Positions 20,189-31,059 are shown, numbered from the stretch's first letter. The stretch: DNA of 64,000 nucleotides from an uncultured archaeon (GCA_963782915.1 CAWALK010000012.1:32001-96000), one strand, 5' to 3'. Notes: generated by a model not told the origin, from the sequence alone. Numbers and translations are program-made.

Positions 20189-21100
20189 ATGTCCTTCAAA
20201 TTCAACACAAACCAAAATATCTACACAGTTGGTAAAGCAAAAGTAGGCGGTCAGCCAGGAGAACTACCAACTTTCCTGATCGGTTCTATCTTTTGGCTAG
20301 GCCAAAAAATGGTCCAAGATGCCAACAAAGGCATTTTCGATGCAAAAGCAGCTGAACAAATCATCAACACAATGCAAACTCAAAGCGACATAACAGGTGT
20401 ACAATTTGCACTTGACATTGTCGGCACCACTGAAACTGCATTCGAAAAATACATTGACTTCGTCCCACAACACACTGACGCACCACTCATGCTCGACGCA
20501 ATGAGTCCAAAGACCAGAATGGCAGCAGCTAACTTAGCAAAGAAAATGGGCCTAACAGATAGATGCCTCTACAACTCAGTCTATAAAGGCGTAACCGATG
20601 CAGAATTGGCAAACCTCAAAGAAAGTGGCATTAAAATGTCCATTGTTCTAGCTGACGATCCTAAAGACACCACAATGGAAGGCAAAATGAAGGTTATAGT
20701 AGAAGCCTTAGCATTAGCCGAAAAAGGCGGAATCACAAAACCACTCATCGACACTGCCATTCCAGCATTCGAACCAGACATGGGCACAGCCGTCAGAACC
20801 ATTCCAATCATGAAAGAGAAGTATGGTCACCCTGTAGGCTTAGGCAGCGGTAACGTTGTCACAACCATGGGTTGGGTCAAAGCAAACGTTGCAAAAGAAT
20901 TCCGCAAGGGAACAGTAACTGCCACAAACACTATCATGCAAATGGCAGGCGCCAACTGGCTCATGATCGGACCAGCCGAACAAGCAGAATGGGTCTTCCC
21001 AGCCGTCGCAGTGACAGACACATACATTGCATCTGCCGCAGCGGACCTAGGAACACGTCCACTCGAAGAATCGCACCCGATCTACAAAGCTTTCATGTAA
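20189..21100 (+). CDS. mtrH: MtrH/MtgA-family pterin:corrinoid methyltransferase
   Basis: VGGQPGELPTFLIGSIF, FDAKAAE, YNS, PLIDT, YGHPVG, GANWLMIGP. Confidence 0.85.
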   Translation: MSFKFNTNQNIYTVGKAKVGGQPGELPTFLIGSIFWLGQKMVQDANKGIFDAKAAEQIINTMQTQSDITGVQFALDIVGTTETAFEKYIDFVPQHTDAPLMLDAMSPKTRMAAANLAKKMGLTDRCLYNSVYKGVTDAELANLKESGIKMSIVLADDPKDTTMEGKMKVIVEALALAEKGGITKPLIDTAIPAFEPDMGTAVRTIPIMKEKYGHPVGLGSGNVVTTMGWVKANVAKEFRKGTVTATNTIMQMAGANWLMIGPAEQAEWVFPAVAVTDTYIASAAADLGTRPLEESHPIYKAFM

Positions 21101-21143
21101 AGCTTTTTCCTTTCTTTTCTTTGTTTAGAAAAAAATATTTGAA

Positions 21144-21560
21144 GTGTTTGCCCTGAAACCGCTTAGATGGTTTGAAATCGTCGTTTCGTTTACAGTATTA
21201 ACGTTAGTCGCTACTTATCTTATCTCAGCAGATTCTTACTTGGTTGGTATCCGCTATGTTTTAGGATACTCCTTCATCGTATTTCTACCAGGCTACTGCC
21301 TAGTCAACATACTCTTCCTGGGCAAAAACCGCATAGACTTCGTCGAAACCCTCGTGCTATCAATTGCCCTAAGCTTCGGCTTAACCGGCATAGTCGGCTT
21401 ATTCCTTGGCCTATCTCCTATAGGAATAACATTCGTTCCCATCACAGTATCATTAGGTACACTGGTGCTCGCTTTAGCAGCAATAGCATACATAAGAAAA
21501 AATAAGGAAAAAGAGCTACCAGTACTTCAAGTGCAAAGCCCGCAGCAAATAAGCGCCTGA
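21144..21560 (+). CDS. DUF1616-like membrane protein
   Basis: RYVLG...FLPGY.LV..LF...E.LVLSIALS motif, 4 TM segments. Confidence 0.7.
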   Translation: MFALKPLRWFEIVVSFTVLTLVATYLISADSYLVGIRYVLGYSFIVFLPGYCLVNILFLGKNRIDFVETLVLSIALSFGLTGIVGLFLGLSPIGITFVPITVSLGTLVLALAAIAYIRKNKEKELPVLQVQSPQQISA

Positions 21561-22898
21561 AGTTCTAACCGCTGATTTTCCGTAAGTTCCGCCTTTACGC
21601 ATCATATGCAGAACATATCCCGGGCGGAGATAGAATTGTTGGTAAGCTTTGCCTCGGAGTTCAGCTAGTTTCTCCATGCTTAACTGGGGAGTTTCAAAGG
21701 TTGGTCCGGCTGTATCGAATTTGTCAAAGTCACTGATTTTTAGCCAGCCATTCTTAACGACTTGCTCATACATTGGCGTTCCCGGATAAGGTGTTGCTAC
21801 ATAGAATCCTACGTCGTCAGGGTTAACTTTTTTCACGAATTGGATGGTTTGCTTAGCTGTTTGTTCTGTTTCGCCTGGGAAACCCAACACCACGTTTGCG
21901 ATTGTTATTAAGCCGACTTTTTGGGCTGTTTTGAAGGCTTTGAGTGTTTGATCCAGTTTAATGCTCTTGTTCATCGCTCCCAATATGGCTTCGGAGCCTG
22001 ATTCCACGCCCATCCAAACAGCGATGCAACCAGCTTTACGCATAGTCGTCATTAGTTCCCGGTCAACCATGTCAACGCGTGTGCCGCAATCCCACATTAA
22101 GTTGAGTTTTCGTGCGTTGAGTTCCTCGCAGATTTGAAGCACTCGGTTGCGGTCTACGCTAAAAGCGTCATCGTAGAAAGTAACTTGGTCGACACCGTAT
22201 TTTTCGTGGACAAACTGCATTTCATCAACCACGTTTTTGGCGCTACGCATGCGGTAACCCCTGCCAAACATTCGCACAGTGCTGCAGAAGTCACACCAAA
22301 ACACGCATCCGCGGCTGCTGACGAGTGGGACGAGAAGTTTGCCATTATGCTTGAGGTTATCAAGAGGCATAAGATGATGAGCGGGGAAGGGGATGCTGTC
22401 GAGGTCTTTGATGTATGGCCGATCAGGGTTGCGAATGGTTTTGTCGCCGTCACGATAAGTAATACCTAATACGCCATCGAGTTTGGCGCCGCTTTCGAGT
22501 TTCTCGGCTAGTTCCACAAGGGTTAATTCGCCTTCGCCTCGGACGATGATGTCAACTGCTGGGTACTCTTTGAGTGCGTTTTCATCCCAGAAAGTGCCAT
22601 GGCTTCCACCGAGGGCAATGGTGGCGTTGGGTTGAGCTTCTTTTGCGATGGTGAGAATGTGCATGGCGGATTTATAGAGAAGCGTCGTGGAGGTTGCCCC
22701 GATAAAGTCTGAAGGTGTTTCAGCGATGCGACTGCGGAAGGTTTCATAAGTTAATTTTTCGGCTTGGCAATCAATAACTTTGACTTGGTGGCCTGCTTTC
22801 TCGGCGACTGCACCCAAATATGCTAATCCCAATGGGATGAAGGGTGGATGGGAATGGACGCTTGGCGGATAAGGTGGATTGACGAGGGTAATTTTCAT
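21516..22898 (-). CDS. Cobalamin-dependent (class B) radical SAM protein
   Basis: N-terminal B12-binding domain (PLGLAYL, GGSH), SRGCVFWCDFC, FYDD, GVESGS, TPYPGT. Confidence 0.92.
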   Translation of the reverse strand: MKITLVNPPYPPSVHSHPPFIPLGLAYLGAVAEKAGHQVKVIDCQAEKLTYETFRSRIAETPSDFIGATSTTLLYKSAMHILTIAKEAQPNATIALGGSHGTFWDENALKEYPAVDIIVRGEGELTLVELAEKLESGAKLDGVLGITYRDGDKTIRNPDRPYIKDLDSIPFPAHHLMPLDNLKHNGKLLVPLVSSRGCVFWCDFCSTVRMFGRGYRMRSAKNVVDEMQFVHEKYGVDQVTFYDDAFSVDRNRVLQICEELNARKLNLMWDCGTRVDMVDRELMTTMRKAGCIAVWMGVESGSEAILGAMNKSIKLDQTLKAFKTAQKVGLITIANVVLGFPGETEQTAKQTIQFVKKVNPDDVGFYVATPYPGTPMYEQVVKNGWLKISDFDKFDTAGPTFETPQLSMEKLAELRGKAYQQFYLRPGYVLHMMRKGGTYGKSAVRTSGAYLLRALHLKYW

Positions 22899-23019
22899 GT
22901 TAAGTCGGCCTTGTAGAGTGATTTCTAATGTCAGATGCCATATATTGCTTTCTTAAAAAAACGGTGCCGACAGAGAAATGAGAAAAGACCGCTTTAGCGG
23001 CCAATACCCTGAAATGGGT

Positions 23020-24420
23020 TTAGGAGAGTTTTACGTGCATTGCGCGAAGTGCATAAGCCGCAGATGTTTTCAGTCCGGATCGGCCGTATGTTCCGCCTCT
23101 GCGCATCATCTTGAGCATGTAGCTTGGTCTTAGGTAGAATTTTTGGTGGGCTTTGTATTTGATTTCTCTGAGGAGTTCCATGCTTAGCTCTGGGGTTTCG
23201 AATGTTGGGGTTGCTGTGTCGTATTTGTTGAAGTCTGTTACTCTTAGCCAGCCGTTTTTGACGACTTCCTCGTACATTGGTGTCCCAGGGTATGGTGTGG
23301 CGATGTAGCAGCCGATGTCGTCTGGGTTAAGTGAATTGATGAAGTTGATGGTTTCCCATGCGGTTTCTTCTGTTTCGCCGGGGAAGCCGATGACTGCCGA
23401 GGCGATGGTCATCATGCCTGTTTTCTGCGCAGTTTTGAAGGCGTCTTTGACTTGTTCACGGTTAATTTTCTTATGCATCTTTTCAAGGATCTTGGTTGAG
23501 CCGGATTCTACGCCGAACCAAACCGTAATGCAGCCTGCTTTACGCATGATTTCAAGCAGTTCTTTGTCGACTGCGTCTACGCGTGTTTCGCAGTCCCACT
23601 CGACTTTTAGTTTGCGGTCGAGGATGTCTTGGCACATTGCGATTGTATGATTGCGGTTGATGGTGAATGCGTCGTCGTAGAAAGTGAATTGGCTTTCGCC
23701 GTATTTGTTATGGAGGGCTTCCATTTCGTCTACGACTTTGTGGGGGTTGCGAACTCTGTATCCTCTGCCGAACATTCGCACAGTGCTGCAGAAGTCGCAC
23801 CATTGTACGCATCCTCTGCTTGTGACTAGTGGGAAGATGGTTTTGCCCATGCGGTGGAATGCGTCTACTGGGAGAAGGTGGTAGGCTGGTGATGGGAGGC
23901 TGTCGAGGTTCATGAGGAATGGGCGGTCTTCATTTCGGATGATGGAGCCGTTTGGTCCCCGATAGGTTATGCCCAAAATGCTTGCAAATGATTGTTTATT
24001 TTGTAGGGCTGATAAGAGTTCGGTGAATGTGTTTTCGCCTTCGCGTCGGACGATAACGTCGATTGCGGGGCATTCGTTTAGGGCGTTTTCGTCCCAGAAG
24101 GTTACGTGGCTTCCGCCGATCATGGTGGTTGCGTTGGGGTGGACTTCTTTGGCTGCTGTTATGATGGCTTTAGCTTGGTTATAGAGCAGCGTGGTTGAGG
24201 TTACGCCGATAACATCGGGTTGTACTTGGCCGATTCGGGCTCGGAATGCCTCGACGGTGAGGCGTTCGGCTTGGCAGTCAATAACATTTACTTCATGTCC
24301 AGCCTGTTCTGCAACAGCGCCCAAATAAGCTATGCCTAATGGGATGAATGGTGGATGTGAATGAGCATTTGGAGGATAGGGTGGATTGACAAGAGTAACC
24401 TTCACGATTCTTAGCCCCAA
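23020..24420 (-). CDS. Cobalamin-dependent (class B) radical SAM protein, tandem paralog
   Basis: PLGIAYL, SRGCVQWCDFC, GVESGS, TPYPGT; collinear with 21516-22898; start may be GTG at 24405. Confidence 0.92.
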   Translation of the reverse strand: MGLRIVKVTLVNPPYPPNAHSHPPFIPLGIAYLGAVAEQAGHEVNVIDCQAERLTVEAFRARIGQVQPDVIGVTSTTLLYNQAKAIITAAKEVHPNATTMIGGSHVTFWDENALNECPAIDVIVRREGENTFTELLSALQNKQSFASILGITYRGPNGSIIRNEDRPFLMNLDSLPSPAYHLLPVDAFHRMGKTIFPLVTSRGCVQWCDFCSTVRMFGRGYRVRNPHKVVDEMEALHNKYGESQFTFYDDAFTINRNHTIAMCQDILDRKLKVEWDCETRVDAVDKELLEIMRKAGCITVWFGVESGSTKILEKMHKKINREQVKDAFKTAQKTGMMTIASAVIGFPGETEETAWETINFINSLNPDDIGCYIATPYPGTPMYEEVVKNGWLRVTDFNKYDTATPTFETPELSMELLREIKYKAHQKFYLRPSYMLKMMRRGGTYGRSGLKTSAAYALRAMHVKLS

Positions 24421-24684
24421 TATGTGACTGCTTAGACGTTAAAACGCCATATAATGTTTACGATAAAACGGTAAAACTTGGGTTTTGGCTGTGGATTGCT
24501 GTTGAGGCTGTCTTGGTTGGTGCTTTTGTAGTCGGTTGGTTTTTTATTAGTAGTTGTTGCTGTGGCTCCTTCTTATTTCGCATTGAATCAAAAGCTTGTT
24601 TGTTTGTCTGGTCAATTTTTAGCCACTTTTTAGTTCCTACACTTTACCGCGTAAGGGCTCGTGTAAAAATTATTCTACCCGATA

Positions 24685-24865
24685 TGTATCTCCACATCCA
24701 CACTGCGGCCGCTTCAACATAGAGCCATGTATGGCATGTGAAGAAAAACCAATATCCCACACCGAAACAGGCGCTAAAAAACGTTGCAATCCCAAGAAGG
24801 AACCTCGGAAGCAAGCCATCTTGTGGAGAATTAAAAACCGCCACATCCACATAAAGACAAAAAAC
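24685..24865 (+). repeat. Dispersed repeat family A, full copy
   Basis: Aligns over about 180 bp with the reverse complement of 30405-30585; CCACATCCACA occurs at both ends (24692, 24841). Confidence 0.75.
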
Positions 24866-24895
24866 AAGTCCAAGAAATGGAACGTTTTGGGTTGT

Positions 24896-25516
24896 TTAAG
24901 CTTCTCGGATAAAATCCCTAACCAACATTAAACCCTCTTCAGTTAAGCTAAACGGTCTATTCCTATGCTGCACCGCCGAAGAAGACACCACAAAGCCTGA
25001 CCTTCGAAAATCCACCAAGATACTGCCTAAACTATTATCTGGCAAGGGATACTTGTTGAATTCACTCAATATTCTTTTGAATACTGCCAAATCAATCTGT
25101 TCCTGCTGCAAACCCATCTGAAGAGCATAAGCCACTATTCTTATAGCATCTCTTTGAGCCGGATGCGCTGTTAGAATAGGTACCCAATCTTCAGAGTCAG
25201 GTCTCTTTTGGAAGGTGAGAACCTTCTGTAGTTGCTCAACGGAGACACCTGTGTCTACGCAGATTCGCTGGTAACCTTCAAAGTCCACGTTACTGTCAAT
25301 CGGCATCTCTCCTTTGAATTTCACTTCACCCAGTCTGTCGTTGAAAATTGGTAGGCTCTCGATTATTCCTGTTTCAGGGTTCTTCTGCACATACTCAAAC
25401 ACTGTTCTAAACAGGTCTTTGCTTGAGTCTCCAAAGTACTCTATCTCTTTATTGCCCCATTTAATTCGAAAACCTAACTGCCCCGTATTACCATTGACGG
25501 CTGACATACCGCTCAA
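24896..25516 (-). CDS. Hypothetical protein, possible C-terminal winged helix
   Basis: 206 aa ORF; C-terminal FSLTEEG wing-like motif. Confidence 0.55.
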   Translation of the reverse strand: MSGMSAVNGNTGQLGFRIKWGNKEIEYFGDSSKDLFRTVFEYVQKNPETGIIESLPIFNDRLGEVKFKGEMPIDSNVDFEGYQRICVDTGVSVEQLQKVLTFQKRPDSEDWVPILTAHPAQRDAIRIVAYALQMGLQQEQIDLAVFKRILSEFNKYPLPDNSLGSILVDFRRSGFVVSSSAVQHRNRPFSLTEEGLMLVRDFIREA

Positions 25517-26314
25517 TCCTTATTCAAACGTTTAAGCATATAAATTTTGGCAAATAATGGCGGTGCCTGTACACAAAATAAAGCGACCAAAGAATTATCG
25601 CCCGAAAACATAACGGGCATCTGAGAAATATAAGAGAAAGCTTGAAAATTTGCCTATGCTTCCTTAACATTCGTATTGATTATTTTTATTCTCAAAAATG
25701 AGGGTTATTTGTTTTTAGCGCTTGAAGGTAAGCAAGTACGTTTTATGAGCAACCATTCTGTGCGTACGTAACTCGTCAGGATTTTTAAAATGAGCCGAGC
25801 ATATCCTGCACTTATAATTTTCTTGAAGATAAGATTTGTAATCCAACATTGAGGTATCACCTTCAAACTGTTTCTTGCAAAAACCGATTCTTTACAAGCC
25901 ATTAAAGAATGGGTTTGCCGACTTATAAAGAAAAGATTTTCTGGCAAATTTTGAGGGCACAAAAATTTTTTTTGTTCTGCTGTTAGGGCTTAATTGTTAT
26001 TGTCTTTAGTGTTTTTCATTTAATACGCTTATTAGCGTGATGGCATACTGTTAAATAAAATAAAGAGTTAGCTCATTCTTGGATTCAACCAATTAAGTGG
26101 TTGATCTTTGCGAATTCTTTCAGGTAGTGGTTTAATGAAAACAAATAAAAACGCAGCGAATAATGATCGCTTTACAGGCAAGGACCAGTTTTGAGTCGAC
26201 CTCACCAAAGACGTTTTGAAAGACCTGAATGCAACGGTTGCATGTACAAATCAAGCCCCTACTGCTACAACCAATGCTCGCTTAATATCTGGAAAAATCA
26301 ATACCAATAAATAA

Positions 26315-26567
26315 TCAAGTTATCCCATTGGGATTCTTAGTCAATAGCTTCAAGGCGAAAGCTTCTGCTTTAGATTCAGTTGGAAAGTCAGGTGAAATTA
26401 CTTTGGCATCTTTTTGTTCAGTTTCTTGTCCTACAAAGACAATGACATGGTAGTCACAGCTGAATTGTTTCTGAACTACCATCAAGGTTTGTCCTGTGCA
26501 TTCGTTAATGTAGCCGCCTTCGTGTTTTAGTCTCTTCCAGCCTTTGATTGTCTTGATAAATTTTCAC
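26315..26567 (-). CDS. Small hypothetical protein (absent from ORF track; one extra A after the GTG)
   Basis: Open frame FIKTIKGWKRLKHEGGYINECTGQTLMVVQKQFSCDYHVIVF...SPDFPTESKAEAFALKLLTKNPNGIT*. Confidence 0.5.
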
Positions 26568-26632
26568 CTATTATTAATAAATTAGAACATGGGCAAAGCC
26601 CACGTGAGATTTTGGAATGGTTTAGGATGGAT

Positions 26633-26902
26633 TTAGCTGTGTAGTTCAACAATTGTTCCCAGTGCTTCACCAGGAACGCCATGTCGGAATTTCACTTTAA
26701 CCATGCCGTTTTTGCCATGGGCACCTTTAACTTTTCCTTGAAGCATACTTTTTCCTGCTTTCCAAGTTACTTTTTGTCCGACTAATCTGCCTGCTAACGC
26801 TGCAGAGTCTATGCCTTGGAATTCTATTAGGCATTCACTTGGTGTTTGTGATTTAGGGCCCATTCGGTAATTGGTTATTCTACCGTAAACTTTTTGTGAC
26901 AA
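26633..26902 (-). CDS. rpl35ae: 50S ribosomal protein L35Ae (eL33)
   Basis: GRITNYRMG, LVGQKV.W, GAHGKNGMVKVKF, PGEALG. Confidence 0.92.
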   Translation of the reverse strand: MSQKVYGRITNYRMGPKSQTPSECLIEFQGIDSAALAGRLVGQKVTWKAGKSMLQGKVKGAHGKNGMVKVKFRHGVPGEALGTIVELHS

Positions 26903-27058
26903 AATTATTTCCCCGTTTTAGTGGCTTTCTAAAGGTTATGCTGGCTTTTAAATATGCAGTATTCGAAACATCATTCTAAAATCATGTAGACGCTTAAGAC
27001 GCAGAAAATCGCTCAAATTGTTAAAAAGAAAAAATAAGCTTTGCCGCTTTTCGAGCAG

Positions 27059-29135
27059 CTAAAGATTAGTAGGCCAAGTTAAGGGCTCTATATTTTTAGA
27101 AGGTTTTCTACGCTTAACCAACACTATGCTAATCACTGCAATAACAACAACTATTACGACTGCTCCGATTATTAGCAATGTGTTATCGCTTTGAGGCTCG
27201 GCAGACAGCATCAGCACTACTGCCCGGGGGTTACCCTTGAACTCAAATGTTTGCTCTAATGGCGCATACCCTGTTTTCGTAATTTCAAAAGTATACGACC
27301 CATTAGCTACATTTTTGAAGGTAACATAGCCAGTTGCATTTGTGGTACCAGACAACGCCCTTGATCCAGCGGATTGGTTGACTGCACTAACCAATGCATC
27401 GCTAACGTAGTTGCCATTGCTATCTTTGATGTATAACTGTAGTTTATTCGAAACGCTGTTACCAGTTGAATTAACATTGGTGCCTGCCGTTGGAGGGAGT
27501 ACAACGGTAATTTGAGTGGTTCCAAGGGCGCTCAAGAATCCTGTTTTTGAACCATTTACAGTTATTATGCAAGTTGTTGTCTTTGAGACGGACGGTGCTG
27601 TAAAGGTTGTTTTATAGTAGCCTGCTTGGTCTTCTTGGGTTTCAGTGAATGTTCCATTGCTGTTTGATGTGAATTGCAGCGTTGCTCCTGTTATGGGGTT
27701 GTTTTCCGCTGATATGTAAGCAGTGATTTCTGTTGTGTTTGCGTTGAAAATACTTTGTGGGTTAGCTGTTAGAGTGATGGCTAATTTTGAGAAGTCGATG
27801 GTATAGGTTGTTAGTGTTGCTTGGCCTGTTGTGTACCCTGAAGCTTGGGCTGTAACAGCTGCTTCGCCGGGGACATTTGTCACGGTTAATGTTCCAGTAG
27901 TGCAGGTTTTCCCGAAAGGTATTGTTACCGTTGGGTTTACTGCAGCTACGGTTGGTTGAGAAGAGAACAGATTTACAGTTAAGTCCACTGGAGCTTTTGC
28001 CGGCCGTCCCTGTGCGTCCTGAAGTTGCACTTGGACCGCTCGATAAGCTGCTTTATCTGAAGGTAATGTCGATAGAGCACAATATACGGCTAGTTTTGAG
28101 GCGGTATAACCTGTTGTAGTGATGGTTTGGCTGGCGACTTCAAAGTTGGTTGCAGCTGCGGTAATAGTAGTTGCGCCAGCTTTGTAGGTTGAACTCAATG
28201 TGGCCAGTGCATAGGTCTTTGAAACCGGAATTGTTATTTTGGTTTCTGTTTTGCCTATGCTTTCATCGGCCGATGCTATCGTTACTGCCAGATCCGAAGA
28301 CGCCGATACCAAGGCGCCTTCATACATTATTTGAACTGCAATCTGCTTGTATGCAGAGTTATCGGCTAGAACCTTTCGTTGGCCCAGTTGAAATCACAAG
28401 TTTGCCCGAGTTTCTGATGGTTTGAGGCATGGTTGTGATGGTGGTACTTGTGGCTCCATAATCGCTGGCAATGGCAGTAACAACTGCCTGACCAGTTGAT
28501 GATGTGGTGTAAAAGGTAGCCGTGGCATAAGTTTGCCCCTCAGGAATTGTGACTTTTGCGGTAACATCCCCTACAGTTACGTTAGAGCAAGAAAGAGAGA
28601 CTTCCGTGCCTCCTCTGGGTGCTTTAGCAGGTGACAAACTAGAATCTTGCAGTTGCACCATTACCGCCTCATAGGCTCCTGCATCGGCCGGTAAAGTAGC
28701 CGGGAACCCATAGACTCCTATTGTGTAGGGTTTTGGACCAACCGTTGCTACCGGCGATTGCACGGTTGCGTAGCCAGTGGCAGCGGCTGTTATGATTGTG
28801 GTGCCGGGTGTGAATGTAGCGTAAAAGTTTGCTGTTGTGTAGGTGGCGCCTTTTGGTATGGTTGCTGTCTGGTCTACTGTTCCGATTTCTGTGATGGAGG
28901 TTGAGAGGCTTATGGTTGTGTCTTGGAGGGCTCGGGCGGGGTTTCCGTTTGTATCTTGCAATTGTACAAAAATGCAGTTGTATGTGCTGTTGTCTGCGGG
29001 TAGGCTTGGTGGGTTTACGCTGATTTCCAGTTTTGTTGGGTTATAACTTATGTCGGAGGAAACTTGCCCAATGAGTAGTGAGGAGCAAATGATCATGGAA
29101 ATTATTATAATAGCGGTTAGTATTTTTCTGCTCAT
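27059..29135 (-). CDS. Surface protein with Ig-like/invasin-type repeats and C-terminal TM, split by one extra base near 28373
   Basis: Signal peptide MSRKILT; repeats P..LPAD...Y..V.VQLQD..G.PA.A; TM + KRRK; span is 692 codons + 1 nt. Confidence 0.75.
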
Positions 29136-29358
29136 TCTCTGTTTCTCCTTTTTTGTTAACTGTAATTCTGTATTACTAGTATACAGCAAGTAAAAATTGC
29201 AGCGTGTAATAAGACTTGCTATATTATATACAGTTTGTAGTCTTGTCCTAATGTTGTACAAAAGGTTGATTTTATACGATCATAATTTTGCGAGAAAACA
29301 GCACACGAGAAAGGAATGTTAAAACTAAAAAAAATAAAACAAAAAGGAAAGGGGAAAA

Positions 29359-30261
29359 CTATTTGTAGAGTTTTTCCCAGCGGGCGAACAATTCCAAAAC
29401 GTCGTCGCCGTTGTGGTCCTTGAGGAACTCACGTGTTTCTTTGTCTGCGGCGGCTTCTTTCTGGAATTTCTGGATGTATTCAGCTTTTTCTGCTAGGAAG
29501 ATGATGCCGTCTACGCCTTGTCTTGCGACGCGGGTTGCTACTGTCATGATTTGTTTTGTCGGTGCAACTGTGTCCCATGTTTCGTTTGGTCCGCGGACAT
29601 AGAAGTTTACCATGACTGGCTTCTTTAGGAAGCTCTTGTAGCCTCTTGCGATGGTTTCCCAGTACCAGGGTGTTGGGTATGCTTTGCTGAACATTGGAAT
29701 GACGAAGTAATCTGCGTATTGTGCCATTGCTTCGAAGTCATAGCCAAAGCGTTCTTTGCCCATCAATGGGTCTGGTAGGCAGTTTACGAAGAGTGGTTTA
29801 CCTTGGACGACTTCTTTAACTTCTGCTAGGAAGTCAGTTACTACTTTTGCTCTCCATTCAACCCATTTGAGGCCGCTTTTGCGTTGCTGCTCGATGCATC
29901 TTGGGCAGGTGCAGAAGCCTTGGTCTGCGAAGTGTTGGCTGCTGATGCTGATTCCTGGGCTGATTTTGGCTGTTTCAGCGATGATTTTGAGGTTGTATTC
30001 TCTTGCTTCTGGGTTAGTCATGCAGACTACGTCCCAGCGGAGGTTATAGTGCTTGTTTGTACGGAGTGCTGGACCGTATGAGCTTGTGGATACCCAGTCT
30101 GGGCGTTTTGCTGCCATGTTATTGTCGCCGAAGACTGCGATGTTAGTGTACATTTTAGGGTTAGCTTTACCGACTATGCCGGATTCAGATTTCTGTCGGT
30201 AGAAGTTATAGTCGACGCCTTCAACAGGCTCAGGTTGGTATAGGAATACGCCGAATTTCAA
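29359..30261 (-). CDS. Hypothetical TIM-barrel/GHL10-like protein with CxCxxC motif
   Basis: VCMTNP, FCTCPRC, WVEWR...VTDF, PDP..GKERFG.DF; homologous to 39594-40478. Confidence 0.6.
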   Translation of the reverse strand: MKFGVFLYQPEPVEGVDYNFYRQKSESGIVGKANPKMYTNIAVFGDNNMAAKRPDWVSTSSYGPALRTNKHYNLRWDVVCMTNPEAREYNLKIIAETAKISPGISISSQHFADQGFCTCPRCIEQQRKSGLKWVEWRAKVVTDFLAEVKEVVQGKPLFVNCLPDPLMGKERFGYDFEAMAQYADYFVIPMFSKAYPTPWYWETIARGYKSFLKKPVMVNFYVRGPNETWDTVAPTKQIMTVATRVARQGVDGIIFLAEKAEYIQKFQKEAAADKETREFLKDHNGDDVLELFARWEKLYK

Positions 30262-30404
30262 GTTTAATACACCATTTATGATTTTGTTCAAAACATGATT
30301 CTGCAACCTTATTAAGTCTTCGCAGGATGTCTCTGTTAGGTTGTTTTTTATTTTTTGGGTTGCTGGTTTGTTTATTTTGTGTTAACTTCAACTTTTAGGC
30401 GTTT

Positions 30405-30585
30405 TTTCTCTCTTTATGTGGGTATGGCGAGTTTTAATTTTCCACAAGACTGTTGGGGAAGGCGACTGCTTTTGTGGTTTGCAACGGTTTTTGGCGCCTG
30501 TTTCGGTGTGGGGTAGAGTTTTCCTTCACACGCGATACATGATTCCATGTTGAAGCAGTCGCGGTGTGGATGTGGAAGCATGCAC
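30405..30585 (-). repeat. Dispersed repeat family A, full copy
   Basis: Reverse complement matches 24685-24865 (CCACATCCACAC...CTTCAACAT...CCCACACCGAAACAGGCGC...TCTTGTGGA...CCACATAAAGA). Confidence 0.75.
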
Positions 30586-30631
30586 AGAGCGATTATTCTG
30601 CCACAGTTTATCAGGCAACAACAAGAAGGTG

Positions 30632-30675
30632 TCTGTTGCTCTGCCGACCTACCCCCTCCCTTATATATAGACTCA
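30632..30675 (-). repeat. Stem-loop repeat family B
   Basis: Minus strand TCTATATATAAGGAGGGGGTAGGTCGGCAGAGCAACAG, very similar to 14825-14870. Confidence 0.65.
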
Positions 30676-31059
30676 GTATCTGTTGGCTAAGCAATTGGGT
30701 GCATATGCATCTGTAAAGATGACCCTTATTCTGATAGGCGCTTGTTGGATGAGACTGATTTTTTGTGAGCATTTGCCGCAGTACTGCAAGCGGAAAAGAC
30801 AAACAGACGCAGATAAGCATCTACCGCGAAAGGTGAGTGTCCTAATTAGCCGAATGCCAAAAACAACAGTAGGCGAGTTGCAACTGGCAAAGCAACTTAT
30901 TTTCTTGGTTGATAACTCAGCGAAGTGTTCCTCTTCGCAAGCAAAGACTCTGTAATCACCTGCCAAGTTTAATCAAGAAAGCTTGACCTGTTAAAGTCAA
31001 GACTTGTATACAAGAAACTTTTAATTGCCTCAACTGTTAAATCGCTTGATGAGCAAAGA

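Noticed and set aside
1431-21100. ftr and mtrH as evidence of methanogenesis
   Set aside because: No mcr, mtrA-G or other pathway genes here; both families also occur in non-methanogenic H4MPT users.
30673-30966. Overlapping 90-97 aa ORFs on both strands
   Set aside because: No motif, start context or homology signal to choose either; left unannotated.
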